This document shows, in pieces, positions 35,801-51,565 of a stretch of 64,000 bases of DNA. A program made the position numbers and the translations under genes. Position 1 is the stretch's first letter; every line of letters starts with the position of its first letter. The notes under the pieces are model-generated. The model was not told the origin of the DNA, ran no database searches, and saw nothing but the letters and a program-made list of their open reading frames with translations. The DNA lies in the NCBI RefSeq assembly GCF_026571515.1, contig NW_026859721.1, positions 248,001 to 312,000 on the forward strand. The letters run 5' to 3'. This DNA comes from Ruditapes philippinarum (lineage: Eukaryota).

Positions 35801-38800
35801 GTTAAGACGATCTCTGCCAACGGATTGCTATATTTCAGGTCTCATGAAACGCGATCATGAAAACATGTCATACTTCATGTCAAGTCTTGGAAAGTGAGTA
35901 TTATAAATTCGATATGTCTTGTTCCTAAGCGTCTTTCATCCAAAAACGGCCTTCTGAATTTAAAAAAGCGTTTTTTTATATTTTGGAAAAAAAAAGACAA
36001 ATAGTTTGAAAAATAATTTAACTCTCAACATGAATATCAAAATATGATATGTCTGTATTTCACTACTTTCAGATTATTTGAAAGAGGACTTTGTTTTGAT
36101 TCAAGCCGTATAGAAGACCAAATATCATTTCCAGTCCCAACTGGCACGCCGATGTTATCGCCTGTGGTGAAATGGGATCACACTCAAACATGGGATATTC
36201 CGTCATCGGATGTATGCATTGGTATTAAGTCAAAGCGATGTTTTACATATACTATAGATATATCTGAGGGAGGTGAATACTCACATCTTCGAGATCACAC
36301 AATTAACGGACGAGTTCTCTTTCCTGCCTCTGGGTACATTTATCTCACTTGGAAGACATTTGCCACATTGTTAGGGAAAAGTTATGAATCTCAGGCCATA
36401 AAATTTATGGACGTCGAATTTCATCAAGCAATCATATTAAGAGAAGGCGACAACGGTAAATAAGAAATGTATAATGCAAATGAATTGGCTATTTTTTTTT
36501 GTTGCTATTGTTCTTGATATTTCTAAATAGTTTTCTTGATAGTCTTATATTTTTATATCAATAAGCAACAAAAGAACTTAATGACATGTTAAGATCATAG
36601 CTTGCGTTCGTGTTTAATAATTTAAAAGAGAATGATAATAATAAAAGACGCAAGGTCTTGTTAAAGTGACATAATACTCAGTTTTGTCAAGTTGGGTTTA
36701 ATTATACATACTTCAAAATATTAACTGCATTAATGACGACTGACCAAACAATTGTTAATAAGAAATGGCTAGGATAATTTATAAAAACTGCCTAAAAATA
36801 AAACGACCGTCCAACTTTTTTTCAACTGAGCTGAACCGATATTAAATTGGAAAAATGGCTAAATGTTAACTTAATTTGACTTTTATCAGTACTCTCAACA
36901 TTTACATTTTGATGGGCTTAATGTCTTTAATGAATTTGACATAGTATCTTAAAACATTTCCAAACATGACAAAACAGATGGTGAAATATTGATATCGATA
37001 AACTGTATCGTATTACCTTGTTATTCAACCTGTACAACCAGGAAACATACTTTTTTTTATCAAATTGCAGATATACGGGATACTTCATTGGAAATAGATA
37101 TATTAAAAAGTAGTGGGCGTTTTGAAGTTTCTGAAGGTGGTTCATTGGTTGCTAGTGGATACGTGAGTCAGCCTGAAACGCATGAATCTAGTCTCTTTGG
37201 ATCAACAAAAGATCTTGACTCCGAAAAAGAGTGTATAAATTTGGAGCTAGAAAAGGAAGATGTGTATAAGGAATTGTGTGTCCGAGGTTATGAATATGGG
37301 AAGAGTTTTCAGTGCATAGAATCATCAGATTTAAACGGTGGGTAGCAAAAATACAAACTAATGTTTTATTATAATGAACAAAGTACATTATACCACATTG
37401 AAACACTGCTATGCAGATATTTGTCTATATGTTTATTATTCTTACAATGCGTGTGAAAACCAAAATAATCTAGTCAAAAGATTGGTATTTACCTTTATAT
37501 AAGAAGTCTTAACTTTACATATAGGACATAATGGAACGCTGCGATGGTCTGATCGTTGGGAAATATTCTTAGACGCTATGCTACAATACCCAATACTTAG
37601 CAAACTGAAAAGAGGCTTATACCTTCCATGGAAACTAGGGGAATGCTTGATACTACCGAATATGACGAATGTGAAAGCAAACTGCACTGGTGAGAATATC
37701 TGTAACATGTTACAATATTACAGTTTTCTGTACAAATTATGATAATTGAAACCAAGTTAATGATGAAAATGTTACCAAATTAAAATTATATACTTATAGC
37801 GTATATTATATTCGTAATCCGTATTTGAAATTCCACGTGTACGGTAAAAAATCTGACGAAATGAAGGTACCCTTATTATAACTTTAATATGACACAAAGA
37901 ATTGATCAAGACATCACATGGTTTGCTTCATTTTTTAACAAGATGTGTACTTAAACCTGCCAGCATCATTTTACAGATATACCAGTACAGTTCATACCAT
38001 CTACAGACACCTGCGAATGTCAATGGGCTGCCATGCGAGGCCTGAATTACTTGCCAGTTACTTATCAAAACGAAGTTCTTCCTCCATTACTTGAGTCATA
38101 CAAATTCATAAGGTACACTTTTAACAGTTATTTTAATGAAGAAGAGAGTATTCAAGGAAATCAAAGAAAAATGTTTGAACCCAGTATGAATAGAGCAGTT
38201 GAAAATGAAGGTATAGAGATGCGAGGCGGCATGACAGATATGAAGGAGGATGACCTGAAATTTTGTTCAGAAATTGTCCTAGAAAATAGTCCAAAGGCCT
38301 TGAATATCTTAGCTATTGACAACAAAGACAAGATTCCGAGTGTCCACACATGCCTTTCACGATATCCAGATTACATGGTTAAATATTACAATTTAAAGGA
38401 CAACTTATTACAGAAATATAACATAGTACACGACGAAAACAATAAATATAGTCTCACATTCGAAGATTCATTTACATATTCGGAAATTTTCAATGAATCG
38501 AACAACTCTTTTCAATTTGTTTTGTGTCAAGACGTGGGTTATTCAGAACAAACTAGAACATACATTCACAAACATCTTTCTGAAGGTGGATTTGTTTTAT
38601 TCGAATCTGTTGAGCCCGATGTAAAAGAAGCTTTACGGAAGTTTGAAAAAGTTTTCAAAGTTGGTGATAGTTTTATTATCATATACGATTTCAAAACTGC
38701 AAGTAAAACAACTGTTTTATGTAGAAAGACGCATTTATATGACGGTTCGGAGGACAAAATAATTCAAACATCTCTTTGCAATTTTAATTGGGTCAGTGAG

Positions 38801-41800
38801 GTCAAGAAGTCGATCGTAGGCTCACAACAAAACGCGTCTGATCAAACGTTATGGTTGGTTTCTGATGAGAAGAACAGTGGATTGGTAGGATTTGTTAAGT
38901 GTCTGAAAAGTGAAAATGGCCAACACAAAATCAGGTAAATCAGAACTAAATAAGGCTCAATATGTATAATGTATATAATGCTATTAATTATTATTAAAGG
39001 AAACATACAGAAAAAATCATGGAGCAGTAACAGAAACATGCAATGTAACTTATTAATTTGGTACCTAATTATTTATCTTCTTGCTTGTATTTGCATGACA
39101 TGCACGAAAACCCCATTTGTTTTTAGCATATGCTACGACATGCATATGCATATTGAATTGTATTATTTCCCAAACATACCCATGCTATGTTATATTTCAA
39201 TAATTTGTTATGTTTGCCTTTTCATTGCAAATTGAATTGTATTATTTCCCAAACATACCCATGCTATGTTATATTTCAATAATTTGTTATGTTTGCCTTT
39301 TCATTGCAAAATATCTATCAATTAGATTCAATGTGGTATGCTATATCAATTTGTTCAAGGTGCATCATCAATCAATCAGATTCTCCATTAGGAAACAGAT
39401 TGATAACGGACGAAATTGTCGCCGCTGATTTGGTATTCAATGTCATTAATCAGGACAGAAACATAGGATCTTACAGACACATGCCGATAAAGACTCGTAT
39501 GTCATAATGTTGTTTCCAAATATATTTTTTTTACTTTAGTGTCATTAAACATATCTTCATACACATAAATGTGGTATGATGTTTCTTTTTAGCAATATTG
39601 GTGAGAAGTCAAGTTTTAGTTTATTTTACCGTAACAATCTTGCAGTCCGTATACGATAACCACCATGAATGAATAAGACTTTGATATATAAGTCATTGAT
39701 ACGTACGTTCAGTTTTGTATATTATTGAAATACTTATTTATGGATAAATGTGAACTGTATACGATACAGTCTTTTTACAATTATTTCATTTAAGAATCAA
39801 AAGTACAAACAACACATGCATATGTGCGGATACAGCAGTCCGGTAACTTGTCTAGTTTGCAATGGACACATTTACCAGAGGCAGCTGAAGGTGTTGAAAA
39901 GAATGAAATGTATACCGTTTGTTATTCGGCTTTGAATTTTCGAGATGTGATGTTGGCTACTGGAAAACTGTCTCCAGCTGCGAATCCAGGCAAGAACACA
40001 AATCCAGAACAAATGCTAGGAATGGAGTTCTCTGGTTTTAATACGCTCGGGAAACGTGTAATGGGTCTTGCTCCAGATTTAATGGTAAAATCAGTATTGT
40101 GATTTTAGTCCATACATGCTCTAATTAAGCAATCGATTGAAAACACGCTACTTACTTTACTTCATGGATAATTACCTAATCACGTTAACATTACAAAACT
40201 ACATGTTGAAAAATCATTAAATTCTGAGTTCTATCTTTGAGCTTTGGTAAGTAATGTCTGTTGTTTCAGATATGACAATGTTATAATACAACAGTGTACA
40301 ATGTATTATATTTTAAAATAGGAAATATTTTCACTTACCTGATATTTTGAAGGGTATATCTACATCGGTTTCAACAAGGAATGACTGTGTATGGCCGGTA
40401 CCGGATGAATGGACACTTGAACAAGCAGCTTCAGTTCCAATGGCATATCTCTCCGCATACTTGGCTTTGGTAATCAAGGGTAACATTGCCCAACGAGAAA
40501 GCATTCTCATCCAATCGGGTAGTGGCGGATTAGGTCAAGCAGCTATAGCTATTGCACTGAGTTATGAATGCACGGTTTTTACGACTGTTAGCACTGAAGA
40601 GAAGATGGAATTTTTATTGGCTAGATACCCAAATTTAGACAAACTCAACATCTTCAGTTCAAGAGATACAGCATTTGAACAGAAAATTATGTACAAGACA
40701 AAGGGAGCAGGTTTTTCTAAGACTATTCAATCTAATTCGGAAATCATAATTATCTTCACTTTTTGTCAACATTGTGCTGAAGATTTCTTCTGCACTGTTT
40801 CTTTACTTACTAATATTAACGAACATGGGTACATGAAAGAAGCATCATATTTATAGATACACATATCATACTTTGATATGCACTTTAGTTTTTATATATT
40901 CGTACAAATGTTATACCTAGAGGCTTACTTTTTTCTTTTTCAAAGAACTGCTTTGATTGTGGTATGGGCGTTATTTTGAATAATCAATCCTATTATTGCT
41001 GTTTAATTTCATGGTACAACCAGTGACACCACTTGATCTCTCGTCATAATATACATTTGTACAATTCTCGAAGCTATTTTTTGTATAAGCAGTAATTTTA
41101 TTAAAATACATATGAATCCATGCTGTATTCATTCCTTAAAGATTACCTTGCATACTGATCATTCTGTCCCCCTTTTTCTTTCAGGTGTAGATATAGTGTT
41201 GAACTCCTTAGCAGGAGACGTACTTCATGCAAGCGTTCGTGTGCTAAATAGCTGCGGGAGATTCTTAGAAATGGGCAAATTTGATTTATTTCAAAATTCA
41301 TCTTTAGGTAATAATATTTATTGTTACAGTCAAACGAATTCTTTGCATATTTGATATTGAAATTTCGGACAATTTCTTATAGCTTATTGATTCTTCTCTT
41401 TTCTAACGCACTGTTTTACAGGTTTTATCTTTATTTTATTTACTTTTACAATAATACAATGAAGCAATCCCAAATTGTTTGGCTTGCCAAAATGTTACTA
41501 TGATAATGTACATCTACTGCTAAAATATGATATTTCTGTATCCATCCAGGCATGCAAATGTTCTTGAAGAATGCAAGTTTCCATGGGGTTCACCTAGATT
41601 TTCTTATTTCTGAGGATACCACTGGTCAGCACATGAAACGTCTCAGTGAATGTTTCACCAAAGGAATCTCTGATGGAGTAGTAAAGCCATTAAATACTAC
41701 TGTATTTGATAAACATAATGTCGAGGATGCATTTCGTTTCATGACAAAAAGAAAACACATTGGTAAAGTGTTGATAAAGGTACTTTATACGATCAGAAAT

Positions 41801-44800
41801 ATTCGTATTCAAATTTTGTTTATTATAAGATAAGCAAACATTCTATATATGTTTAAAATAAGGCTTAGAATGTGGACTTAGACCATGCATTGTATATTAA
41901 TAAAACCTTGAATACATTCGTGCATATGTGTATTTTGAAAAACAAATGGTACAAAAACTAGTTTCATATTCAAAATTCGATATAACATGTATTAAATTTA
42001 ATAAGACTTTTATACGTTACCATCTTGCATTTTTTTCTTTAGTTAATAGATGAAAAAGAGTACTCATTGACAACACTTCCCATGATATCTGCTGAACCTA
42101 GGGTCTATTTCTCTACCTCAAAATGGTATGTCATTACCGGCGGACTTGGTGGAGTTGGTTTAGAACTGGCGGAATGGCTATCCGATAGAGGCGCTAAATT
42201 ACTGGTCTTGACCTCAAGGACAGGTGTCAAGACGGCTTATCAGAAACGCAAATTGTCATTCTTACGTGTTAGTAGCACATTTACATATATTCGTCAACTG
42301 GTTATCAGAATTAAAAAGATTATAAATTAGAAGTCCTTGTAAACATCTTTGAAGTGGACCAAGTTCTTTGTAATTAAATGTGTATATATATGCCCTAAGA
42401 CATATACGTGCATATTTTAAATTGATGATTTAAACAATACTCTGTCTTGTCATCTTTTTACTCTGTTACGCATCGGTCGAATGCTTCACTACCTTTCATT
42501 TTCTTCTTTCTTATCTGTAAAGTAACCGAAATGTATTCGCTTAGCTGATAATTGAGCGTACGTATACCTTTAACGCAATTGGTTTTCATTCCACTCTTTG
42601 GTAACTTTTTGTATATGCGTCATATTGTTAAAAGTAAAAACATATATTTGATTGGTTTTTCTATAACGACTATTTGCTTAAATTCATCAAAAAGTATCAT
42701 AATATTATATTTCTATAAAATTTGGCCTTGCTGCATTTAGAAATTAAATATATTGTTTGAAGACGACAATACTTGGTTATGGTTACAGGATAAGGGTATG
42801 GATGTCCAGGTGTCCACCAGAAATGTTTCAAAGATGACGGAAGCCGCGTGTCTTTTACATGAGTTTAGACCTTTAGGCGGAATATTCCATCTAGCAATGG
42901 TATTAACACTTTACTGTATTTTCAATCGTACAGGCTTTCACCAGAAACCATGAATTTGAAAAAGATAAAGTGTCAACAAATAATGAAACACAATTACAAT
43001 ATACCTATCAAGGATTGCTTCTTGGGTCTCTAAAATTCAATTGTTTTGAGTGAGGTGTGATAACTAGCATTGTAACATCGGCTTCCATAGCTACATAACT
43101 AGACATATCAATGTTAATCAAATGCTATCAAAATAATAGGGAAAATGAAAAGTTTGAATTCTCAATGAAATCCTTATACACTGTCCGTGGTTTTTTGTTT
43201 GTGTTTTAACATTTACAGTGATTAGAATAGAAGTTTAAAGCGTTAAAACAAATCAGAATTTCAATTCAGTTAAAGATAGTTTTAACATTTATGATATTTT
43301 AACCCCGAAGGTCTTAAAAGATGGAGTACTTGAAAACCAAGATGAGACTACGTTCAAATATGTATTCGAATCAAAGGCACAAGCAGCTATTAACCTTGAT
43401 AAGCTCACAAGACATCCATCTGAATACAGTTGCGACTGGTTTGTATGCTTCTCTTCCATTGCCTGTGGTAGGGGAAACGCTGGACAGACAAATTACGGAT
43501 ATGCTAATTCTGTTACTGAAAGTGTGTGTGAGAACAGAAAGAGGGATGGGCTTCACGGTAGTATATTATAGAACTATGTATAAGATTTAGTATAAAAAAA
43601 TAAACAAATTAACAAATGTTTTAATTGGAAGGGAAATCGATTATCCTTTTCTTGAAATATGTTTCGAAATGTATATATAAAAAAAAGGTAAACTTCAAAA
43701 ATATTGTAAATGGACATTAAAGCAAATACTAAACTAAAAATCTATTTCAGAAAGTGTAACATTTGATTTGTATCCATAATCTTCCCTAGAGTGATTATTT
43801 GTGTAAATTGTAAGGTTTGATAATCAATCATTTTGACATTTAGGGTTGGCCATTCATATTCTACCGGTATCGTTTTACAATAAAGTTTGACCATAACATT
43901 AATTATATCAGTTTTCCATTAAGATTTGACCATCTTTTTCCATCTTTTTTTCCATTTAAGGTTTAGCCATACAGTTTGGACCGATCTCTCATGTTGGTGT
44001 ATTCCATGAGACAATGAGAAATACTACATCAACCCTAGCTGGTGCAGTCCCACAAAGTATAACGTCATGCTTAGCGACACTAGAAAAACTTATGAACCAG
44101 TCAGAACCGGTTGTCTCTTGCTTTCTACAAGAGGAGGACACAAAAGAGAAAAGTGAAATAAACTCAGAAAGTAGATTGGTTTTATCAATATTTAGAATAA
44201 TAGGTACTTGATGGGTTCTTTTTTATTGATTTTCATGTAAACGTCATTCGTTTTTATATAAAAATCAAATAATTTAATTTGCTTTCTTTGTTTGATTAAT
44301 AAATGACTGGCATGTATAAACAGTTAAACACATTTTTCCAATTTGCTATGTTTCAAATAAATATGCTCATTTACATCAACTAAGATCCTAGTCCACTTTT
44401 TCTTCTTTGAATTAAAAACAAAAATAGCAACAACAAAAAATGCCCCGAGAATACGTTTTAAGAATACTATAAGTTTGAATTGAATTGCAACAAAATTATA
44501 TCGGGAAAAAATCACTTTTCACAAAATATTGTATTAAACAAGTAAAACATGTTAGGAAGAATTTCACAATAGAACACGGATAGACGGACACATTAAACCC
44601 GCACGTACTGATGTAAAAACAAAGGATGTATTAAAAGCGGCCTTCAACTTTTATTTTCTGTTGGTAAAACAAGTCTGTGTTGTTTTAAACTAGGTATCTT
44701 GGAATATTAGGAATCGAAATGTCCGCTTTACTAACTTAATTATAGAGAGCGGACCGTACGATGGGGTTTCCTTAAGGCTTATTGTTTATTATCTTATCGT

Positions 44801-45011
44801 CTGCAAATTGCATTTCCATCTTAATCCTGCAGGTATTGACGAACAAAGGCAGATTAATGTAGATAGCAAGCTGAATGAGCTAGGTCTGGATTCGCTAAAT
44901 GGTATTGAAGTAAGGCAGCTTCTAGAAAGGCATACACGCAAATCCATGTCACTACAACAGGTGCAAAATATCACCATAAAAGAGTTAAAACAACTCGCAA
45001 ATCACAGTTAG
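29898..45011 (+). CDS. Animal FAS-like polyketide synthase (KS-AT-DH-psiMT/psiKR-ER-KR-ACP, no TE), about 2,100 aa, 25 exons; KS exon 6 is disrupted as assembled
   Basis: Exons: 29898-30036, 30734-30883, 31151-31324, 31599-31799, 32218-32340, 32582-32811, 33089-33510, 33713-33937, 34734-34923, 35198-35427, 35592-35893, 36073-36455, 37071-37337, 37525-37689, 37977-38934, 39360-39496, 39795-40084, 40353-40710, 41185-41307, 41550-41779, 42043-42267, 42789-42899, 43311-43557, 43961-44203, 44833-45011. Motifs: KS TACSSS, EAHATGT, SNLGHTE; AT GHSVGE, AFHS; [20 protein letters not shown]; [25 protein letters not shown]; [22 protein letters not shown]; ACP LGLDSL. Confidence 0.9.
33950..34165 (+). 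mobile_element. Degenerate tRNA-derived SINE in PKS intron 8
   Basis: Shares GAAGC.ATCCAGCTA.CTTACG, CCTGAAATA.TGCACGGAGG and CACCAGTAAAGC with the other SINE copies. Confidence 0.6.
39152..39309. repeat. Exact 79-bp tandem duplication in PKS intron 15
   Basis: ATTGAATTGTATTATTTCCCAAAC...CATTGCAA occurs at 39152 and again at 39231. Confidence 0.9.
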
Positions 45012-45504
45012 TCCATTGTGACTGGTGAATGATTGATTATAATTGCGATTTATCTCATGTGGTATCGCAAAGCATTTGAAAATTATACTGGTATCATGTA
45101 ATTAGCCGGACACTTTTCAAATTTAAGACTGTGTCATGCCAGTACTTTAAAGAAAAAAGACAGATCACTAATTTGTAATTGATGTATAACTTAATTGATA
45201 CTTGAACAGTTTTGAAAATGGTTAAAGGGATCGTAATCCAGATTTTTTTCTGGTTTTAACCATTTTATATATTTTGCTTTGGATTTCCTTGATCTAAAAA
45301 TATAATCATGCCGATATTCAATGACCGTAACAATGGTTGTTCTGCATAGTAGACTGTAAACTATGCCTGTACATAAAGTTTGTTGTGTTGTGTTCTTTAT
45401 AACATGTTTCTTGTATCAAATATCGACAGTTCCTGTTTTTACTTAAAAAGCATAAAATAATAAAATCACAATTTACAGATTGCATTTTATAAAGCTTACA
45501 GTAT

Positions 45505-46495
45505 AAGAAGGCCTGGTGTGTTTGTAAAACATGCATGCCCCCTATCGGCGGCCAATTAGGCAAGGTAATTGTAACTGACTTTTGACCTAGTAACAAAATG
45601 ATCAATAGGGGTAATCTACTGGTCATGACTAGTCACTAGGTCATTGCGATGGTAAAGGTTGTGTGCAGGAATTTTATGACAAAGTTATAACAAATATTAC
45701 AAAATAATATATGCATAAATTTTATGAATCATGTAGGCCTCCTTAATGACAACAAATTTGTTATATTACATTAGACCTTGAAATTTGTATACCAAAAGCA
45801 TTTAAGTTTATTAAAAAATATCAACCAAGAAAACTTGAGTTGTTGAGTTATTGAATTTACCTTTTACCTACAAGGTCAATATGACCTTGATCTTTGACCC
45901 ACTGATCCCAAAATCAATAGGGGTCATCAACTTGCCAAGGCCAATGCACCTACGAAGTTTAAGGGACAACGGCCCATTGGTTGTCAAGTTATTGTTTGGA
46001 AAACGCTTTAACCAATAAGATCAATGTGACATTGACCGTTGACCCCATATCCCTAAAAAATCAATATGGGTCATCTACTAGCTAATACCAATGCACCTAT
46101 GCAGTTTGAAGGCCAAGGACCCATGGGTTGTCAAGTTATTGATCGGAAATGGTTTTTACCTACAAGGTCAATAAGACCTTGACCCCAAAATCTATTGAAG
46201 TCATCATCTATAGGCCACGATCAATGCACCTGTGAAGTTTGAAGGTCAAAGTCCCATGAGTATTTGAATTATTATTTGGAAAAAATTTCAACATTTAAAG
46301 TCAATTTGACCTTGACCTTTTACCTAAAGACCCCAAAAACAATCAGGATCATCTTCTGGTCATGAACAATCCCAATAGCAAGTTTGAAGTTCCTATGCCC
46401 ATGTGTACTTTAGTTATCGATTGGAAATCATTTGGTCTACAGACCAACGAACCAACATACAAATTACAAATGCAAAGCAATATACCCCCACTTCA
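45505..46495 (+). mobile_element. Helentron/HINE-like element with an internal tandem array
   Basis: Repeated units AAGGTCAAT.TGACCTTGA..TTGACCC...AAAATCAATAGGGGTCATC...CAATGCACCT..GAAGTTTGAAGG, a CAAC/GACC microsatellite and the end GCAAAGCAATATACCCCC. Further fragments lie at about 46650-46860. Confidence 0.65.
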
Positions 46496-47417
46496 TTGTC
46501 ATTAATTGAGGTGAAAGGGAAATTCTGCCAGTGAGTATTGCATCAATTGTTCTAAGGCTCACTTATCAATTATTGTATAGTAATAAATGTAATAGAAGTG
46601 TTATTACTAAATAATTTCACAAAACATTGACTAATGAAATTTGTATCAAGTATCACTGTGACCTTGACCTAGTGATCTCAAAATTAATAAAGGTCACCTA
46701 CTAGCCATGATGGGCAATGTCACTAGAAATAAGTTAACCTAGGCTTATTTTTTTTCAAGTTATTTTTGGAGCTAGGTTTTAAAAAACAGTGTCACTGTGA
46801 CCTTGACCTTTGTCAAAATGACCTCAAAATCAATTGGGGTCATATTCAAGCCATGGCCCTACAAAGTCACACAAACAACGACTGATGCTTTATCAGGAAA
46901 TAGATCGCACAAGGGTAACATATTGAATGAAAGACTGCCCAATCACAGTTTTCTCAATACTTTTTAAACAGGGCCATAAATTCATCCAGAGCTTAAATAA
47001 CTGAGTATTTGGCTAAGGTCTGAATTGGATTGACATAGTTACTACAAAAGTACAATACATGTATAGCAAAAATATTAACTGACCTAAAGGATTTTTAGTA
47101 ACCAAGACTTGAAATTTCACCTGTTGATTCAAATATTGAATCTGTCAAAATTTTAATTCACAGTATTCTTCCTACTTTTACGTAGGGGCATACATTTATC
47201 TAGTAATGAGTAATTAGCTAAGGTTTGAATGGATCGACTTTGTTACTACAATATAGCAGATATATTAACTGATCTGATGACTAAAAGATTTTTAGTAACC
47301 AAGACTTGAAATTTCACATTTCAATTCAAAATACAAATGTACATTAGATGTCATGGGAGACAATCACATGCAAGTCATATAATAAAATTCAATATATATT
47401 TTATTCATTCATAAACT

Positions 47418-51154
<3,737 letters not shown>

Positions 51155-51565
51155 CTCTGCCAAGTTAAGTTTGTAGTAGAAGTATACTCTGAGCTACATA
51201 TATCATAGCTGTCTCAAAGCTACCTTGGGGGTGCAGTTCCTCTGAAACAAGAAATAATATGTAAAATGTATTTATGTGATATTCAATGACAGCCCTAGAT
51301 AAAAATGCGAGACATAGGAATACATACAACCACAGTGCATAATTGGTTTATATTAGCAAGCTCGCATAGCGAGCTTTACTATAACGCAAGTACCTACTAA
51401 AAGTGATGGTTTTAAAAACTTTTGTCCGAAGTACTGAATTAACACTATGCAACTTTTAGAATTACAAGATAACAATAATAACTGAGTAATTCTGACTGAA
51501 AACTGATGCATAGACTGGTAATCCCCGCACTTCTTTGGGAACCATAATGGGATAGGGAACCAGAA

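Noticed and set aside
29898-45011. PKS as bacterial contamination or recent horizontal transfer, or as canonical FASN
   Set aside because: It has 24 GT-AG introns, host-like composition, a host SINE in an intron and animal-FAS-type motifs. The missing TE and diverged motifs argue against assigning the FASN symbol.
45012-47417. Hidden thioesterase exons downstream of the ACP
   Set aside because: The region is mostly HINE-like repeat and the 3' end of the convergent gene. I saw no GxSxG hydrolase-like coding segment, though very small exons cannot be excluded by eye.
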